Assembly (NCBI GenBank): GCA_964410915.1
Contig: CAYPIU010000003.1
Span: 21,748-85,747 of the forward strand
Direction of reading: 5' to 3'
Length of the DNA: 64,000 nucleotides
Source of the DNA: an uncultured Synergistales bacterium
Lineage (GTDB): Bacteria > Synergistota > Synergistia > Synergistales > JAFGMB01
How positions within the stretch are numbered: the stretch's first letter is position 1; each line of letters starts with the position of its first letter. Of the stretch, positions 7,598-17,404 are shown in pieces. The translations under genes and the position numbers were made by a program. The notes under the pieces are model-generated. The model had not been told where the DNA came from and ran no database searches. It worked only from the letters and a program-made list of their open reading frames with translations.

Positions 7598-10336
7598 ATG
7601 AGAAGGAGACATCTTATGATCTTTAACATCAGTCAACATCGATCATTAAATAATTCTGCCAGGGCCATTTCCTTAATTATACTGGCTTTGATCCTGATCT
7701 TTTCCCCTTTGCGTGCAACTGCACAGGAGAAAACGTCTAACGTACTTGTTCTTCATTCTTATGGCGAAGGGTTTTCATGGACGTCAGATATCAACAGGGG
7801 ATTGCTGTCTGCATTTAAAGAAAGAAAAATTAATGCAGATTATTACTTCGAATATATGCACAGCAAACGATTTCCTTTAACGGGTTCTTATGACAAATTT
7901 GGATATATCCTGAAAAATAAATATGAAAAACTAAGTTTTGATATTATCGTGGCAACTGACGATGCAGCTTTCAGATTCCTTTCTCGACAGGCACAAGATC
8001 TTTTTCCAGAGGCAACTATTATTTTCTGCGGCATAAATGATCCTGCATCTCTTGAACATAAAGATAATATATCTGCAGCAGGTTTTATTGAAGAAATCGA
8101 TATCAATGGAACTCTCAAAGCAGCTCTTTCCCTGCATCCTGAAGCGGGAAGGGTTATCCTGATCAACGATCACACAGGCACCGGACAGATATTTAAACAA
8201 CAGACATCCAGACAGCTTTCAGCTTTCGGGGATTACCTTGAGTTCGTGGAGTTGTATGACATGACCGGGGAAGAACTTGAAGCCAGCCTCCAGGAGCTTG
8301 ATGGAATATCATCTGTTATTCTCTTCTTTGCCTTTTACAAGGATCGTATGGGTAATATCTATTCCACCGACGAAGCTTTGAAAATAATACGGAGATCTAC
8401 CTCATGGCCTGTTTATTCATTCTGGGATTTTACACTTCAGGATTCCCCATATTCAGCCCTTGGAGGGAGTATATTATCTGGAGAAAAGCTTGGATACAGT
8501 ACAGGTCTTGCTGCAGCGGAAGTAATCCGCGGGAAGAAATATCCAGAGGGTATTTCTATTATGAAAGCGCCAGATCCTGAAACTGTTTTCAGCTACCCGG
8601 AAATGAAGCGTTTTGATATTGACGAAAAAGAACTTCCTTCGGGGAGCAGGATCATGTATCAGCCTGAAGATCTTTTCTCGAAATTTTCCGGCCTTATATT
8701 CTTCAATATAGGATTCTTTGTTGTAATGGGAATACTTTTAGTTCTTTTGTTCGTTGTTGTTCTGCGAAGGAAAAGGGTTGAAAAAGACTTAACCAATGAA
8801 AAGGAATATTGGGAAAATCTCTTTCAGAACTCGCCAGAAGCGATCGTTTTTACCGATGAAAAGGCAATGCTTAAAAAAGTAAATCCCAGGTTCTGCGAGT
8901 TGTTCGGTTTTGATGAAGCAAATATTCTTGGAAAATCTCTTGATGGCCTTTTTGCCAGAAACCGTTCCCAGTTCGAGGAAGCTGTCAGTCTGACAAGGCG
9001 TATTGAAACATCGCCTGGCATTGAGATAGAGACCGTAAGATCTGACAGGAACAACCGGGATATCCAGGTCTCTCTCATGGGAGTCCCACTTGTTATAAAT
9101 GAAAAGCACAAAGCCAACTTCTGGATATACAGGGATATCTCAAATCTTAAGAAGGCTGAATCGGAGATGGTTCACAGGCTCGATTTTGAAGAACTTCTCT
9201 CCAGGGTTTCATCCAGGATGGTTTTCATTCAGAATATGGATCGTACAGTTCTCGAGATCATCGAGGAATTACGCAGGTTTCTGGGATGTTCCGCTGTTTT
9301 TGTCGCGAGAATTGACAGGCCTTCAGGAAGTCTTAAGGTAATGCATGAGACCACAGGCAGGGATATAGTCTCTCTGCAGAAGTCATTTGGCGATCTTAGC
9401 CTTTCAAGCTGGACAGCAGTCACAAAAGAATTAAGGGATAAGGGTCAGTTTATTTTCCGGGAGGGGCAATCTCTCAGTCTTCTTGATCCTTTTATCTCCG
9501 AAATGGTAGAAAAACGCTCGATAAGGTCACTGCTTATTTTCCCGGTAAAGCTGGGAGCAGTTAATATGGAAGGAATCATCGGATTTGAAAATATCTGGCT
9601 TGAAAGGGAATGGAACGGATCAGACCTTAATTTTCTCAGGACTTTTTCAGATCTTCTGGGAGAAGCTTTCAGGAGAGTTGAAAGTAATCATAAACTTGAG
9701 AGAACAATGGTCGAACTGAAAAAAACTTTTCAGGGTACATTCAGCACTATAACAAAAATACTCGAGATAAAGGATCCTTATACAGCAGGACATCAGATGA
9801 ACGTAACAAGGCTGGCTACCGCGATCGCAAAGGAAATGGGTCTGGACAGGGAAAGGGTTGAAGGTATTTATTATGCATCACTTGTTCACGATATAGGCAA
9901 GATAAATGTTCCGAGTGAAATTCTTACCAAGCCTGTTGGGCTTACTGAAGCCGAGTTTGCATTGATAAAAAATCATACGCGGTTCGGCTGGGAGATCCTG
10001 CGAAATATTGATTTTCCCTGGCCTGTCGCAGAAATAGTTCTTCAGCATCATGAACGGCTTGATGGGTCAGGATATCCAGAGGGGATCAAGGGTGATGAGA
10101 TCCTGCTCGAGTCAAAGATAATAACCGTAGCAGATGTCGTTGAGGCCATGTCAGCAGACAGGCCTTATCGCCCAAGTCTGGGTATTGAAAGAGCCCTTGA
10201 AGAGATAAGGGAACACAAAGGCGAGTGGTTTCTGTCCCAGGCAGTGGAAGTGTGTCTGAAACTTTTTCAGGAGAAAGGTTTTACATTTGCACTGGAGGGT
10301 GAAAATGAAGATATCTTTCAGGAAAACTGGATCTGA
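7598..10336 (+). CDS. Membrane sensor c-di-GMP phosphodiesterase: periplasmic solute-binding-like domain - TM - PAS - GAF - HD-GYP
   Basis: 912 aa with signal/TM at the N-terminus and a TM at about aa 365-390. Contains VLVLHSYGEGFSWT (ABC-substrate-binding-like sensor domain), LVHDIGK and HHERLDGSGYP. Confidence 0.85.
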   Translation: MRRRHLMIFNISQHRSLNNSARAISLIILALILIFSPLRATAQEKTSNVLVLHSYGEGFSWTSDINRGLLSAFKERKINADYYFEYMHSKRFPLTGSYDKFGYILKNKYEKLSFDIIVATDDAAFRFLSRQAQDLFPEATIIFCGINDPASLEHKDNISAAGFIEEIDINGTLKAALSLHPEAGRVILINDHTGTGQIFKQQTSRQLSAFGDYLEFVELYDMTGEELEASLQELDGISSVILFFAFYKDRMGNIYSTDEALKIIRRSTSWPVYSFWDFTLQDSPYSALGGSILSGEKLGYSTGLAAAEVIRGKKYPEGISIMKAPDPETVFSYPEMKRFDIDEKELPSGSRIMYQPEDLFSKFSGLIFFNIGFFVVMGILLVLLFVVVLRRKRVEKDLTNEKEYWENLFQNSPEAIVFTDEKAMLKKVNPRFCELFGFDEANILGKSLDGLFARNRSQFEEAVSLTRRIETSPGIEIETVRSDRNNRDIQVSLMGVPLVINEKHKANFWIYRDISNLKKAESEMVHRLDFEELLSRVSSRMVFIQNMDRTVLEIIEELRRFLGCSAVFVARIDRPSGSLKVMHETTGRDIVSLQKSFGDLSLSSWTAVTKELRDKGQFIFREGQSLSLLDPFISEMVEKRSIRSLLIFPVKLGAVNMEGIIGFENIWLEREWNGSDLNFLRTFSDLLGEAFRRVESNHKLERTMVELKKTFQGTFSTITKILEIKDPYTAGHQMNVTRLATAIAKEMGLDRERVEGIYYASLVHDIGKINVPSEILTKPVGLTEAEFALIKNHTRFGWEILRNIDFPWPVAEIVLQHHERLDGSGYPEGIKGDEILLESKIITVADVVEAMSADRPYRPSLGIERALEEIREHKGEWFLSQAVEVCLKLFQEKGFTFALEGENEDIFQENWI

Positions 10337-10339
10337 GCC

Positions 10340-12997
10340 ATGTTCTTGAGACAGGTTTTTATAATTCTCCTGGCTGGCGTTGTTTTTTTTGTATCTGCAC
10401 CGGTCTTTGCTATGGAATCCGGCTATGGCCCCGAACATTCTTCTCTATCCAGTGAAAAGGAGGATAGCCGGGTGTTGCTTCTGCATTCATATCACAAGGG
10501 CTATGCCTGGACAGACAAAATTGGTAGGGCAATATTCAATTCAATTCAGGAGGCAATGCCTGAAACGGATATTGTAACAGATTATATGGATACGCGACGT
10601 TATTCTGGTTCGGGGAATCTTTTTGATCTTGCCATGCTCTATCTTCACAAGTACCGCAATACAGATTTTGATCTGATAATAGGAACAGACGATCAGGTTC
10701 TGAGATTGATCTGGTCCTACGGTGCGTATATCTTTCCTCAAATTCCAGTTGTTTATTGCGGTATAACAGAAAAACGCTTTCCCGTCGCAGGAGCTTCAAA
10801 TTCCACTGGCACGACAAAGAAAGAAGAGATCGCTTCTACCGCAGCTCTTATAAAAGACCTCATACCCGGGCTGGGAAGGGTTTATGTAGTTTGTATGAAA
10901 TGCAGTACTTACAGGTATATTGCAGAAATGGACATCAGCAGTGATCCTCCAGATGTTGATGTACATTTCCTTGAACTTGAAAAACTGTCTCTTGATCAGA
11001 TAGGACAGAAAATAGAGGATCTGCCTGAAGACTCGGCAATAATCATTCCTGAAGCTGGAAATTTCTCATGGGTTGGCAATATTCTTCCAGATGATGCTGT
11101 AGACCGGGTTATTTCTTCCAGCAGAGTTCCTGTTTTCTCAACTCTTGAGCATCTTGTGAGTGAAAACAGGGTTATAGGAGGTCTTGTCCATAGGGGTTCA
11201 GACCATGGCAAGATAGCTGGCGAACTGTCTTTAAAGGTTCTTCAGGGAGAAGCCCCTGAGGATATTTCATGGGTCAGGGGGCCTTCTGTATATGCTTTCA
11301 GTTATCCTGTCATTAAAAGATCCGGGATAAGAATACAGGATCTTCCGGATGGATCGTTATTGTATAACAGATCCAATTCATTCTTTGAAAGTCATATGGA
11401 TATTATTATTATCAATTTCCTCGTTGTGATCTCGGTTATTATATTTGCGGCTTACCTGTTCTTTAACATTAAAAGAAGCAGAAAAGCTGAAGATCAGCTC
11501 AAAGGGGAAAAACAGTTTATGGAACAACTCTTTCAGAACTCTCCGGAAGGTATAGTTCTTATTGATAAGAACGACAGGGTTACGAGAATGAATAAATGTA
11601 TGGGGGAAATGTTCAAAGTTATTCCCTCGGAAGTGATCGGCAAACCTATGAATCAGATCGTTGCTGCTTCCAGTGATCTTGGATCTGAAGCAGAGGAATT
11701 GTCCAGAAAAGCTTTCCGTGGTATAGATTTTGAATTAGAGACGGTTCGAATGAGATCGGATGGAAATCTGTTCCCGGTTTCCGTGACGGGTATGCCTTTC
11801 TCGGTTGAAGGGGAAAGAATGGTATATGGAATATACAGGGATATTACGAATCGAAAAAGGTACGAGAACAGGTTGAAAGAGCGGTTGAAGTTTGAGGAGC
11901 TCATCTCTTCGATATCCTCGAGAATGGTTCTTCATTCTGACATTACCGGCGTAATAGGTTCTTCCCTTGAAGAACTGGCTGATCTTGCAGGAGCGGACAG
12001 AGCATATATTGCATTAACTGATGATTTCCTGAAAACATTGACAATAACACATGAGTGGACATCTCCAGGATTTTCACCACTCTCCGAATACAACAGTGAA
12101 AATAAGTTGAAGATCTCCTCCGGCATTGCAGATGCACTTCTTACAAGCGGTCAGGTCATTATTGAGGATATGTCAGATCCGGGGTTTTATATCAGTGAAG
12201 AAGAAAAAGACAGATTTAACAGACTCGGGACGGAATCAATGATAATTTTTCCTATGTACAGGGATGAGAAAATATTCGGTATTACAGGTTTCACAAATGC
12301 CTGGAGAGATCATGTATGGAAAAGCAGTGACATTAATATGCTCAGAACTTTCAGGGATATTCTTTCTGAAGCTTTTCAGAGACAGGAATCAGAAGAAAAC
12401 CTTAAGAGGGGTCTTCTATCTCTGCAGACTACGCTTGAAGGTACTATTACAGCTGTCGGGAGGATCCTTGAAGTCAGAGATCCCTATACTGCAGGACATC
12501 AGAAAAGAGTATCATATCTTGCTGTAGCAATTGCTCAGGAGATGAATCTGCCAGCGGATAAGATCAAAGGCATACATTATGCTTCGCTCGTCCACGATAT
12601 AGGCAAGATCAATATTCCGAGTGAAATACTAAATAAACCTGAAAGGCTTTCCAGTATCGAGGTTGAACTGGTAAAAAGACATACTGTATATGGATGGGAG
12701 ATCCTGAGAAACGTTGAATTTCCCTGGCCTGTCGCTGAAATTGTCCTTCAGCATCATGAACATTTCGATGGAACGGGTTATCCATACGGTCTCAAGGGAG
12801 AAGAGCTGATGCTGCAGTCAAGGATACTTGCAGTTGCGGATATTGTAGAGGCCATGTCATCCGAAAGGCCATATCGGCCCGCTATGGACATGGGATCTGT
12901 TCTTGAACGTATAGAACTTTATAGCGGTACATACTATGACCCCAGGGTAGTTTCAGCCTGTAAGGAGCTGTTTAAAAGGAATAAATTCCCGATATAG
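10340..12997 (+). CDS. Paralogous sensor HD-GYP phosphodiesterase with the same domain order
   Basis: 885 aa, starting 3 nt after the upstream stop. Contains VLLLHSYHKGYAWT, LVHDIGK and HHEHFDGTGYP. The HD-GYP core is much more similar to the neighbour than the periplasmic part is. Confidence 0.85.
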   Translation: MFLRQVFIILLAGVVFFVSAPVFAMESGYGPEHSSLSSEKEDSRVLLLHSYHKGYAWTDKIGRAIFNSIQEAMPETDIVTDYMDTRRYSGSGNLFDLAMLYLHKYRNTDFDLIIGTDDQVLRLIWSYGAYIFPQIPVVYCGITEKRFPVAGASNSTGTTKKEEIASTAALIKDLIPGLGRVYVVCMKCSTYRYIAEMDISSDPPDVDVHFLELEKLSLDQIGQKIEDLPEDSAIIIPEAGNFSWVGNILPDDAVDRVISSSRVPVFSTLEHLVSENRVIGGLVHRGSDHGKIAGELSLKVLQGEAPEDISWVRGPSVYAFSYPVIKRSGIRIQDLPDGSLLYNRSNSFFESHMDIIIINFLVVISVIIFAAYLFFNIKRSRKAEDQLKGEKQFMEQLFQNSPEGIVLIDKNDRVTRMNKCMGEMFKVIPSEVIGKPMNQIVAASSDLGSEAEELSRKAFRGIDFELETVRMRSDGNLFPVSVTGMPFSVEGERMVYGIYRDITNRKRYENRLKERLKFEELISSISSRMVLHSDITGVIGSSLEELADLAGADRAYIALTDDFLKTLTITHEWTSPGFSPLSEYNSENKLKISSGIADALLTSGQVIIEDMSDPGFYISEEEKDRFNRLGTESMIIFPMYRDEKIFGITGFTNAWRDHVWKSSDINMLRTFRDILSEAFQRQESEENLKRGLLSLQTTLEGTITAVGRILEVRDPYTAGHQKRVSYLAVAIAQEMNLPADKIKGIHYASLVHDIGKINIPSEILNKPERLSSIEVELVKRHTVYGWEILRNVEFPWPVAEIVLQHHEHFDGTGYPYGLKGEELMLQSRILAVADIVEAMSSERPYRPAMDMGSVLERIELYSGTYYDPRVVSACKELFKRNKFPI

Positions 12998-13137
12998 CAA
13001 AAATTAAAGAGATAAAATATCTGTAAAAATGACACAAATGATGATGTATAATTAAATACAATTATTATTGAAATAGTCTATTATAATAACAATAAATATA
13101 GATAATTATGTCATTTAATCTTAAGGAGGGTTCCTGC

Positions 13138-14223
13138 ATGTCTTTTATAGTGCTGGCTATAAACCCTGGTTCCACGAGTACAAAAGTGGCGTGGTTCAGG
13201 GGTGAAGAAGAGATCTGGAGGGAAACGGTCCGCCATGATCCTGACAGGATATCAGAATTTGCAAAAACCGCCGACCAGTACTCATTCCGCCTTGAAACGA
13301 TAAAAGAGGTAGTTGCAAAAAATGGCTGCAGTTTTGATGATCTTGATGCAGTTGTCGGGCGTGGCGGTGTTATAGACCCGATACCCGGTGGAACTTATAT
13401 TGTCGATGACGCCCTTGTTGAAAGATCTAAACTCGGGAAGCCATGGGACCATGCATCAAACCTGGGTTGCATAATCGCTCAGGCCATTGCTTCGCCAGGG
13501 TCAATTCCGGCTTTTATTGTAGATCCGGTTGCTGTTGACGAGATGGACAGGGCTGCAAAACTGACAGGCCTTCCAGAACTTCCAAAACATTCTCTGTCAC
13601 ATGCTTTGAACATTAAGGCAACAGTAAGAATGGCAGCAAAGGATCTTGGGAAAAAATGGGATGAGCTGAATTTTGTTGTTGTCCACCTTGGAGGTGGTAT
13701 TTCAGTTTGTGCTCACCGAAAGGGCAAGATGGCAGACCTTAACAGTGGAAATGATTTTGGCCCCTTTTCTCCGGAGAGGAGCGGGGGACTGCCTGCCGGG
13801 GATTTTGCCAGAATGTGTTACAGCGGTGAACTGAATATGAAAGACATGCTGAAAAAGATAGTTGGAAAGGGCGGCGTTTTCAGTTATCTCGGTACCAGTG
13901 ACATGAAAGAGGTCCGTAAAATGATAAAGAATAATGACCAGAAGGCCATTTCTGTGGAAAGGGCAATGGTTTTTCAGATATCCAAGGAAATAGCTGCCGA
14001 GGCAACTTTTCTCGATGGTAATGTCGATGCCATACTTGTGACCGGAGGTGTGGCATATGACAGCGATTTTGTCTCTCATATTCAGGAGAGAGTTCAGTGG
14101 ATAGCTCCAGTTCTGGTATATCCTGGTGAAGATGAAATGAGGCCGCTTGCACAGGGAGCACTGAGGGTACTTGCAAAAGAAGAGGAGCCCAGACGATATG
14201 CTGAGTACAAGGGAGTGAACTGA
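13138..14223 (+). CDS. buk: Butyrate (short/branched-chain acyl) kinase, copy 1
   Basis: Contains INPGSTSTKVAWF, HASNLG and HLGGGISV. The start was moved to the ATG at 13138, 7 nt after the AAGGAGGG RBS; the track start is 13108. Confidence 0.9.
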   Translation: MSFIVLAINPGSTSTKVAWFRGEEEIWRETVRHDPDRISEFAKTADQYSFRLETIKEVVAKNGCSFDDLDAVVGRGGVIDPIPGGTYIVDDALVERSKLGKPWDHASNLGCIIAQAIASPGSIPAFIVDPVAVDEMDRAAKLTGLPELPKHSLSHALNIKATVRMAAKDLGKKWDELNFVVVHLGGGISVCAHRKGKMADLNSGNDFGPFSPERSGGLPAGDFARMCYSGELNMKDMLKKIVGKGGVFSYLGTSDMKEVRKMIKNNDQKAISVERAMVFQISKEIAAEATFLDGNVDAILVTGGVAYDSDFVSHIQERVQWIAPVLVYPGEDEMRPLAQGALRVLAKEEEPRRYAEYKGVN

Positions 14224-14225
14224 TC

Positions 14226-15137
14226 TTGAAAATGAAGAATCTTGATGTCCTGATCCAGAGATGTTGTGATGGTAAAAAAATGAAGGTTGCAGTGGCATGT
14301 CCTCATGGGCTTGATACCCTGGAAGCGGCATGCAGAGCGAAAAGGGAAAATATAGTTGATCCTGTTCTTGTAGGGGATCCCGATGTGATAAGTAAAATTG
14401 CCCTTGAAAATGAACTTGAACTTGATGGTATTGAAATTGTGGAGGCATCTGATGACAGATCCGCTTCTGAAATTTCTGTAAAAATGGTTTCCTCCGGGTC
14501 TGCGGATCTTTTAATGAAGGGTCTTGTAAAAACGGCTACCCTTCTTAAGGCTGTTCTGAATAAGGAATGGGGCCTTCGTACCGGTTCACTACTATCGCAT
14601 CTTCTTCTTTTTGAGGCTCCTATCCTTGGAGATAAGGTCATGGGAATTTCTGACGGCGGAATGAACATGTATCCGGATCTTGGGGCCAAGGTAAAGATAA
14701 TTGAAAATGCGGTCGAATGTTTTCATAAACTTGGAGAGGAAAATCCGAAAATAGCAGTACTTGCTGCAGTCGAAACGGTCAACCCGGATATGCCCTGCAC
14801 AATAGATGCAGCATCTCTTTCCCAGATGAATCGAAGAGGCCAGATCACAGGATGTGTCATTGATGGTCCTTTCGCCCTTGATAATGCTATCAGCACTGAG
14901 GCTGCAGCTATAAAGAAAATTAATTCTTCCGTTGCCGGTAATGCGGATATGCTCCTTGTGCCGGACATAGAAGCAGGTAACATGCTTGCAAAAGTTGTTC
15001 TTTATATCGCCCGTAACAGGGCAGCAGGAGTTGTTCTCGGGGCCAGAAGTCCCATAGTCATGACAAGCCGGTTTGACACTATGGAAGTAAAACTTCTGTC
15101 TATTGCACTCGGGGCGGTTCTCGCAAAGGAACAGTAA
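14226..15137 (+). CDS. ptb: Phosphate butyryltransferase (phosphotransacylase), copy 1
   Basis: 303 aa. Contains DGGMNMYPD, NPDMPCT, DGPFALDNA and VPDIEAGNMLAK. The start is either TTG 14226 or ATG 14232. Confidence 0.9.
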   Translation: MKMKNLDVLIQRCCDGKKMKVAVACPHGLDTLEAACRAKRENIVDPVLVGDPDVISKIALENELELDGIEIVEASDDRSASEISVKMVSSGSADLLMKGLVKTATLLKAVLNKEWGLRTGSLLSHLLLFEAPILGDKVMGISDGGMNMYPDLGAKVKIIENAVECFHKLGEENPKIAVLAAVETVNPDMPCTIDAASLSQMNRRGQITGCVIDGPFALDNAISTEAAAIKKINSSVAGNADMLLVPDIEAGNMLAKVVLYIARNRAAGVVLGARSPIVMTSRFDTMEVKLLSIALGAVLAKEQ

Positions 15138-15275
15138 CATTTCATGATACATGTTCTATGAGTAATGTATATTGTATTTGCGTTTTCACTTTCCATGGGT
15201 TAATCTGTGGAAGGTCAAAATTCAGGCTTACAATAGGATTTATTAATTTAAAATTTACAGGGAGGTTTTTAAAGT

Positions 15276-16208
15276 ATGGAACAGATTCGTTCACTGTCAG
15301 CTCTTCTTGAGTATGCAAAGAAAATTGGTGCCGAACAGGGACCAAAAAAAGTAAGTGTAGCAATGGCCGAACAGGCAGGTTTACTTTCCTGTCTTGAAGA
15401 GGCAAGGGTTGCAAAGATAGCCGATTCTATACTTGTAGGCAACGAGGATAAGATCAAAGAAGCAGCCAGGGAGGCGGGTGTAGATCTTTCCAATTTCGAG
15501 GTCATAGACGAGAAGAATGAGGCTAAAATGGGACTTGTGGCAGTCGAAAAAGTTTCTTCCGGTCAGGCAGACATTTACATGAAGGGACAGATCCATACCA
15601 ATAACTTCCTTCGCGGAATGCTTAACAAGGAAGTTGGCCTCAGGAAGGGCAAAAACACCATTTCACACTGTTACTTCCATTCAATTGAGGGTTTTGACAG
15701 GATATTTTTCATTTCCGATGCCGCTTTCAATATGTATCCCGATGTAGCACAGAAGGCACAGATCCTTCAGAATACTGTAAACTTCGCAAGATCCCTCGGT
15801 GTTGAGGAACCCAAAGCTGCAGTTCTTGCAGCTGTAGAAGTGGTAAACCCTGACATGCCCTGTACCATGGAGGCGGCGGTAATTTCCCAGATGAACAGGC
15901 GTGGCCAGATCAAAAATTGTGTAGTTGATGGACCATTTGCTCTTGATAATGCTATCAATGAGGAATCTGCAAGGACCAAAGGCATTGTTTCTCCCGTAGC
16001 AGGGAAAGCAGATGTGCTTCTTGTACCTGATATTGAAGCAGGTAACATGCTTGCAAAGGCAATAGTTTACTTCTCAAAGAATGAGACTGCAGGTCTCATT
16101 CTTGGCGCCGCAGCTCCAGTTGTACTTACCAGCCGTGCCGATAGCCCGAGGGCCAAACTGGTATCTATAGCAGCAGCTGTTGCTCTTTCAGCATTCCAGA
16201 AAAAATAA
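15276..16208 (+). CDS. ptb: Phosphate butyryltransferase (phosphotransacylase), copy 2
   Basis: 310 aa with a GGGAGG RBS. It carries the same motif set as copy 1 (NPDMPCT, DGPFALDNA, VPDIEAGNMLAK). Confidence 0.9.
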   Translation: MEQIRSLSALLEYAKKIGAEQGPKKVSVAMAEQAGLLSCLEEARVAKIADSILVGNEDKIKEAAREAGVDLSNFEVIDEKNEAKMGLVAVEKVSSGQADIYMKGQIHTNNFLRGMLNKEVGLRKGKNTISHCYFHSIEGFDRIFFISDAAFNMYPDVAQKAQILQNTVNFARSLGVEEPKAAVLAAVEVVNPDMPCTMEAAVISQMNRRGQIKNCVVDGPFALDNAINEESARTKGIVSPVAGKADVLLVPDIEAGNMLAKAIVYFSKNETAGLILGAAAPVVLTSRADSPRAKLVSIAAAVALSAFQKK

Positions 16209-16279
16209 CCTGTTTCGGGAATGCGGAACCCTTGTTTCTGCGTCTTGAAAGACGTTATTATATTTGTAGCATGAAACCT

Positions 16280-16308
16280 ACAGGGGCCGCATGTCTTGCG
16301 GTCCCTGT
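16280..16308 (+). terminator. 12-bp stem hairpin plus short U-tract between ptb copy 2 and buk copy 2 (attenuator or partial terminator candidate)
   Basis: acaggggccgca-tgtct-tgcggtccctgt (one G-U pair) followed by gttttaaaatt. Confidence 0.45.
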
Positions 16309-16333
16309 GTTTTAAAATTCGGGAGGTCTTCAG

Positions 16334-17404
16334 ATGAAAATACTAACCATAAATCCAGGTTCTACAAGTACGAAAGTTGCTCTTTTCGACGGAGAGAAAG
16401 AAGTATGGAGCAATACTCAACGTTATGATGTAGATGTTATCAAGCAGTACAACGGAATAATGGACCAGGAGGATTTCCGTCTTTCAGAGATTAAAAAAAT
16501 GGTGAAAGAGAACGGTACAGAATTGTCTGAGCTTGATGCGGTAGTAGGGAGAGGCGGGCTTTTGAAGCCTATCCCCGGAGGTACCTACGAAGTCAATAAT
16601 GAAATGTTGAGTGATCTTCGTGCGTGTAAATATGGAGAACATGCCAGTAATCTTGGAGGTCCTCTTGCTCGTAGTCTGGCTACTGAAGCAGGATGCGGAC
16701 GGGCCTTCATTGTCGACCCGGTGGTGGTAGATGAACTTGTTCCTGAGGCCAGACTAAGCGGTATCGCTGATATAGAGAGAAGATCAATATGGCATGCACT
16801 TAATCAGAAAGCAGTGGCAAGAAGGGCAGCCATAGAACTTGGCAGGAAATATGAAAATATCAATCTCATAATTGCTCACATGGGCGGCGGAATTTCTGTT
16901 GGTGCTCACGAAAAAGGCAAAACCATTGATGTTAATAATGCCCTTGACGGTGAAGGACCCTTTTCCCCTGAAAGAGCCGGGTCACTCCCAGCGGGGGGTC
17001 TTTGCCGCCTTGCGTACAGCGGTAAATATGATCTTGATGAATTGCGCAGGAAAATGGTGGGTAACGGTGGGCTTGTCGCACATCTCGGAACTAATGACCT
17101 CAGGGAAGTCCAGAAGATGGTGGAGGCAGGAAATGAAAAGGCGAAGCTGGTGTTTGATGCACTTGCTCTTCAGATCGCCAAAGAGATAGGTTCCAGGGCT
17201 GCGGTACTGTGTGGCAGAGTCGATGCTGTTGTTCTTACCGGAGGTCTGGCCTACAGCGAAAAGCTTGTTGAAATGATAACCAGAAAAGTCTCATACATCG
17301 CAGAAGTAAAAGTTTATCCTGGCGAGGATGAAATGAAAGCACTTGCCGATGGCGGTATGAGAGTCCTTAATGGAGAAGAAGAGCCTCGTGTTTATGAAAA
17401 CTGA
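16334..17404 (+). CDS. buk: Butyrate (short/branched-chain acyl) kinase, copy 2
   Basis: 356 aa. Contains INPGSTSTKVALF, HASNLGG and HMGGGISV, with a GGGAGG RBS. Confidence 0.9.
   Translation: MKILTINPGSTSTKVALFDGEKEVWSNTQRYDVDVIKQYNGIMDQEDFRLSEIKKMVKENGTELSELDAVVGRGGLLKPIPGGTYEVNNEMLSDLRACKYGEHASNLGGPLARSLATEAGCGRAFIVDPVVVDELVPEARLSGIADIERRSIWHALNQKAVARRAAIELGRKYENINLIIAHMGGGISVGAHEKGKTIDVNNALDGEGPFSPERAGSLPAGGLCRLAYSGKYDLDELRRKMVGNGGLVAHLGTNDLREVQKMVEAGNEKAKLVFDALALQIAKEIGSRAAVLCGRVDAVVLTGGLAYSEKLVEMITRKVSYIAEVKVYPGEDEMKALADGGMRVLNGEEEPRVYEN

Noticed and set aside
12998-13137. A c-di-GMP riboswitch or other leader between the HD-GYP genes and the buk operon.
   Set aside because: The spacer is almost entirely A/T, with no GEMM-like conserved GC helices. 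It is more likely just a promoter/UP-element region.
13702-14448. A 248-codon minus-strand ORF, with further long antisense ORFs at 14592-15152, 19079-19711, 35827-36432 and 40777-41100.
   Set aside because: All lie antisense to genes with strong family motifs. Their translations are low-complexity (rich in Ser, His, Phe and Cys), lack an RBS and span gene junctions. They are most likely frame artefacts.
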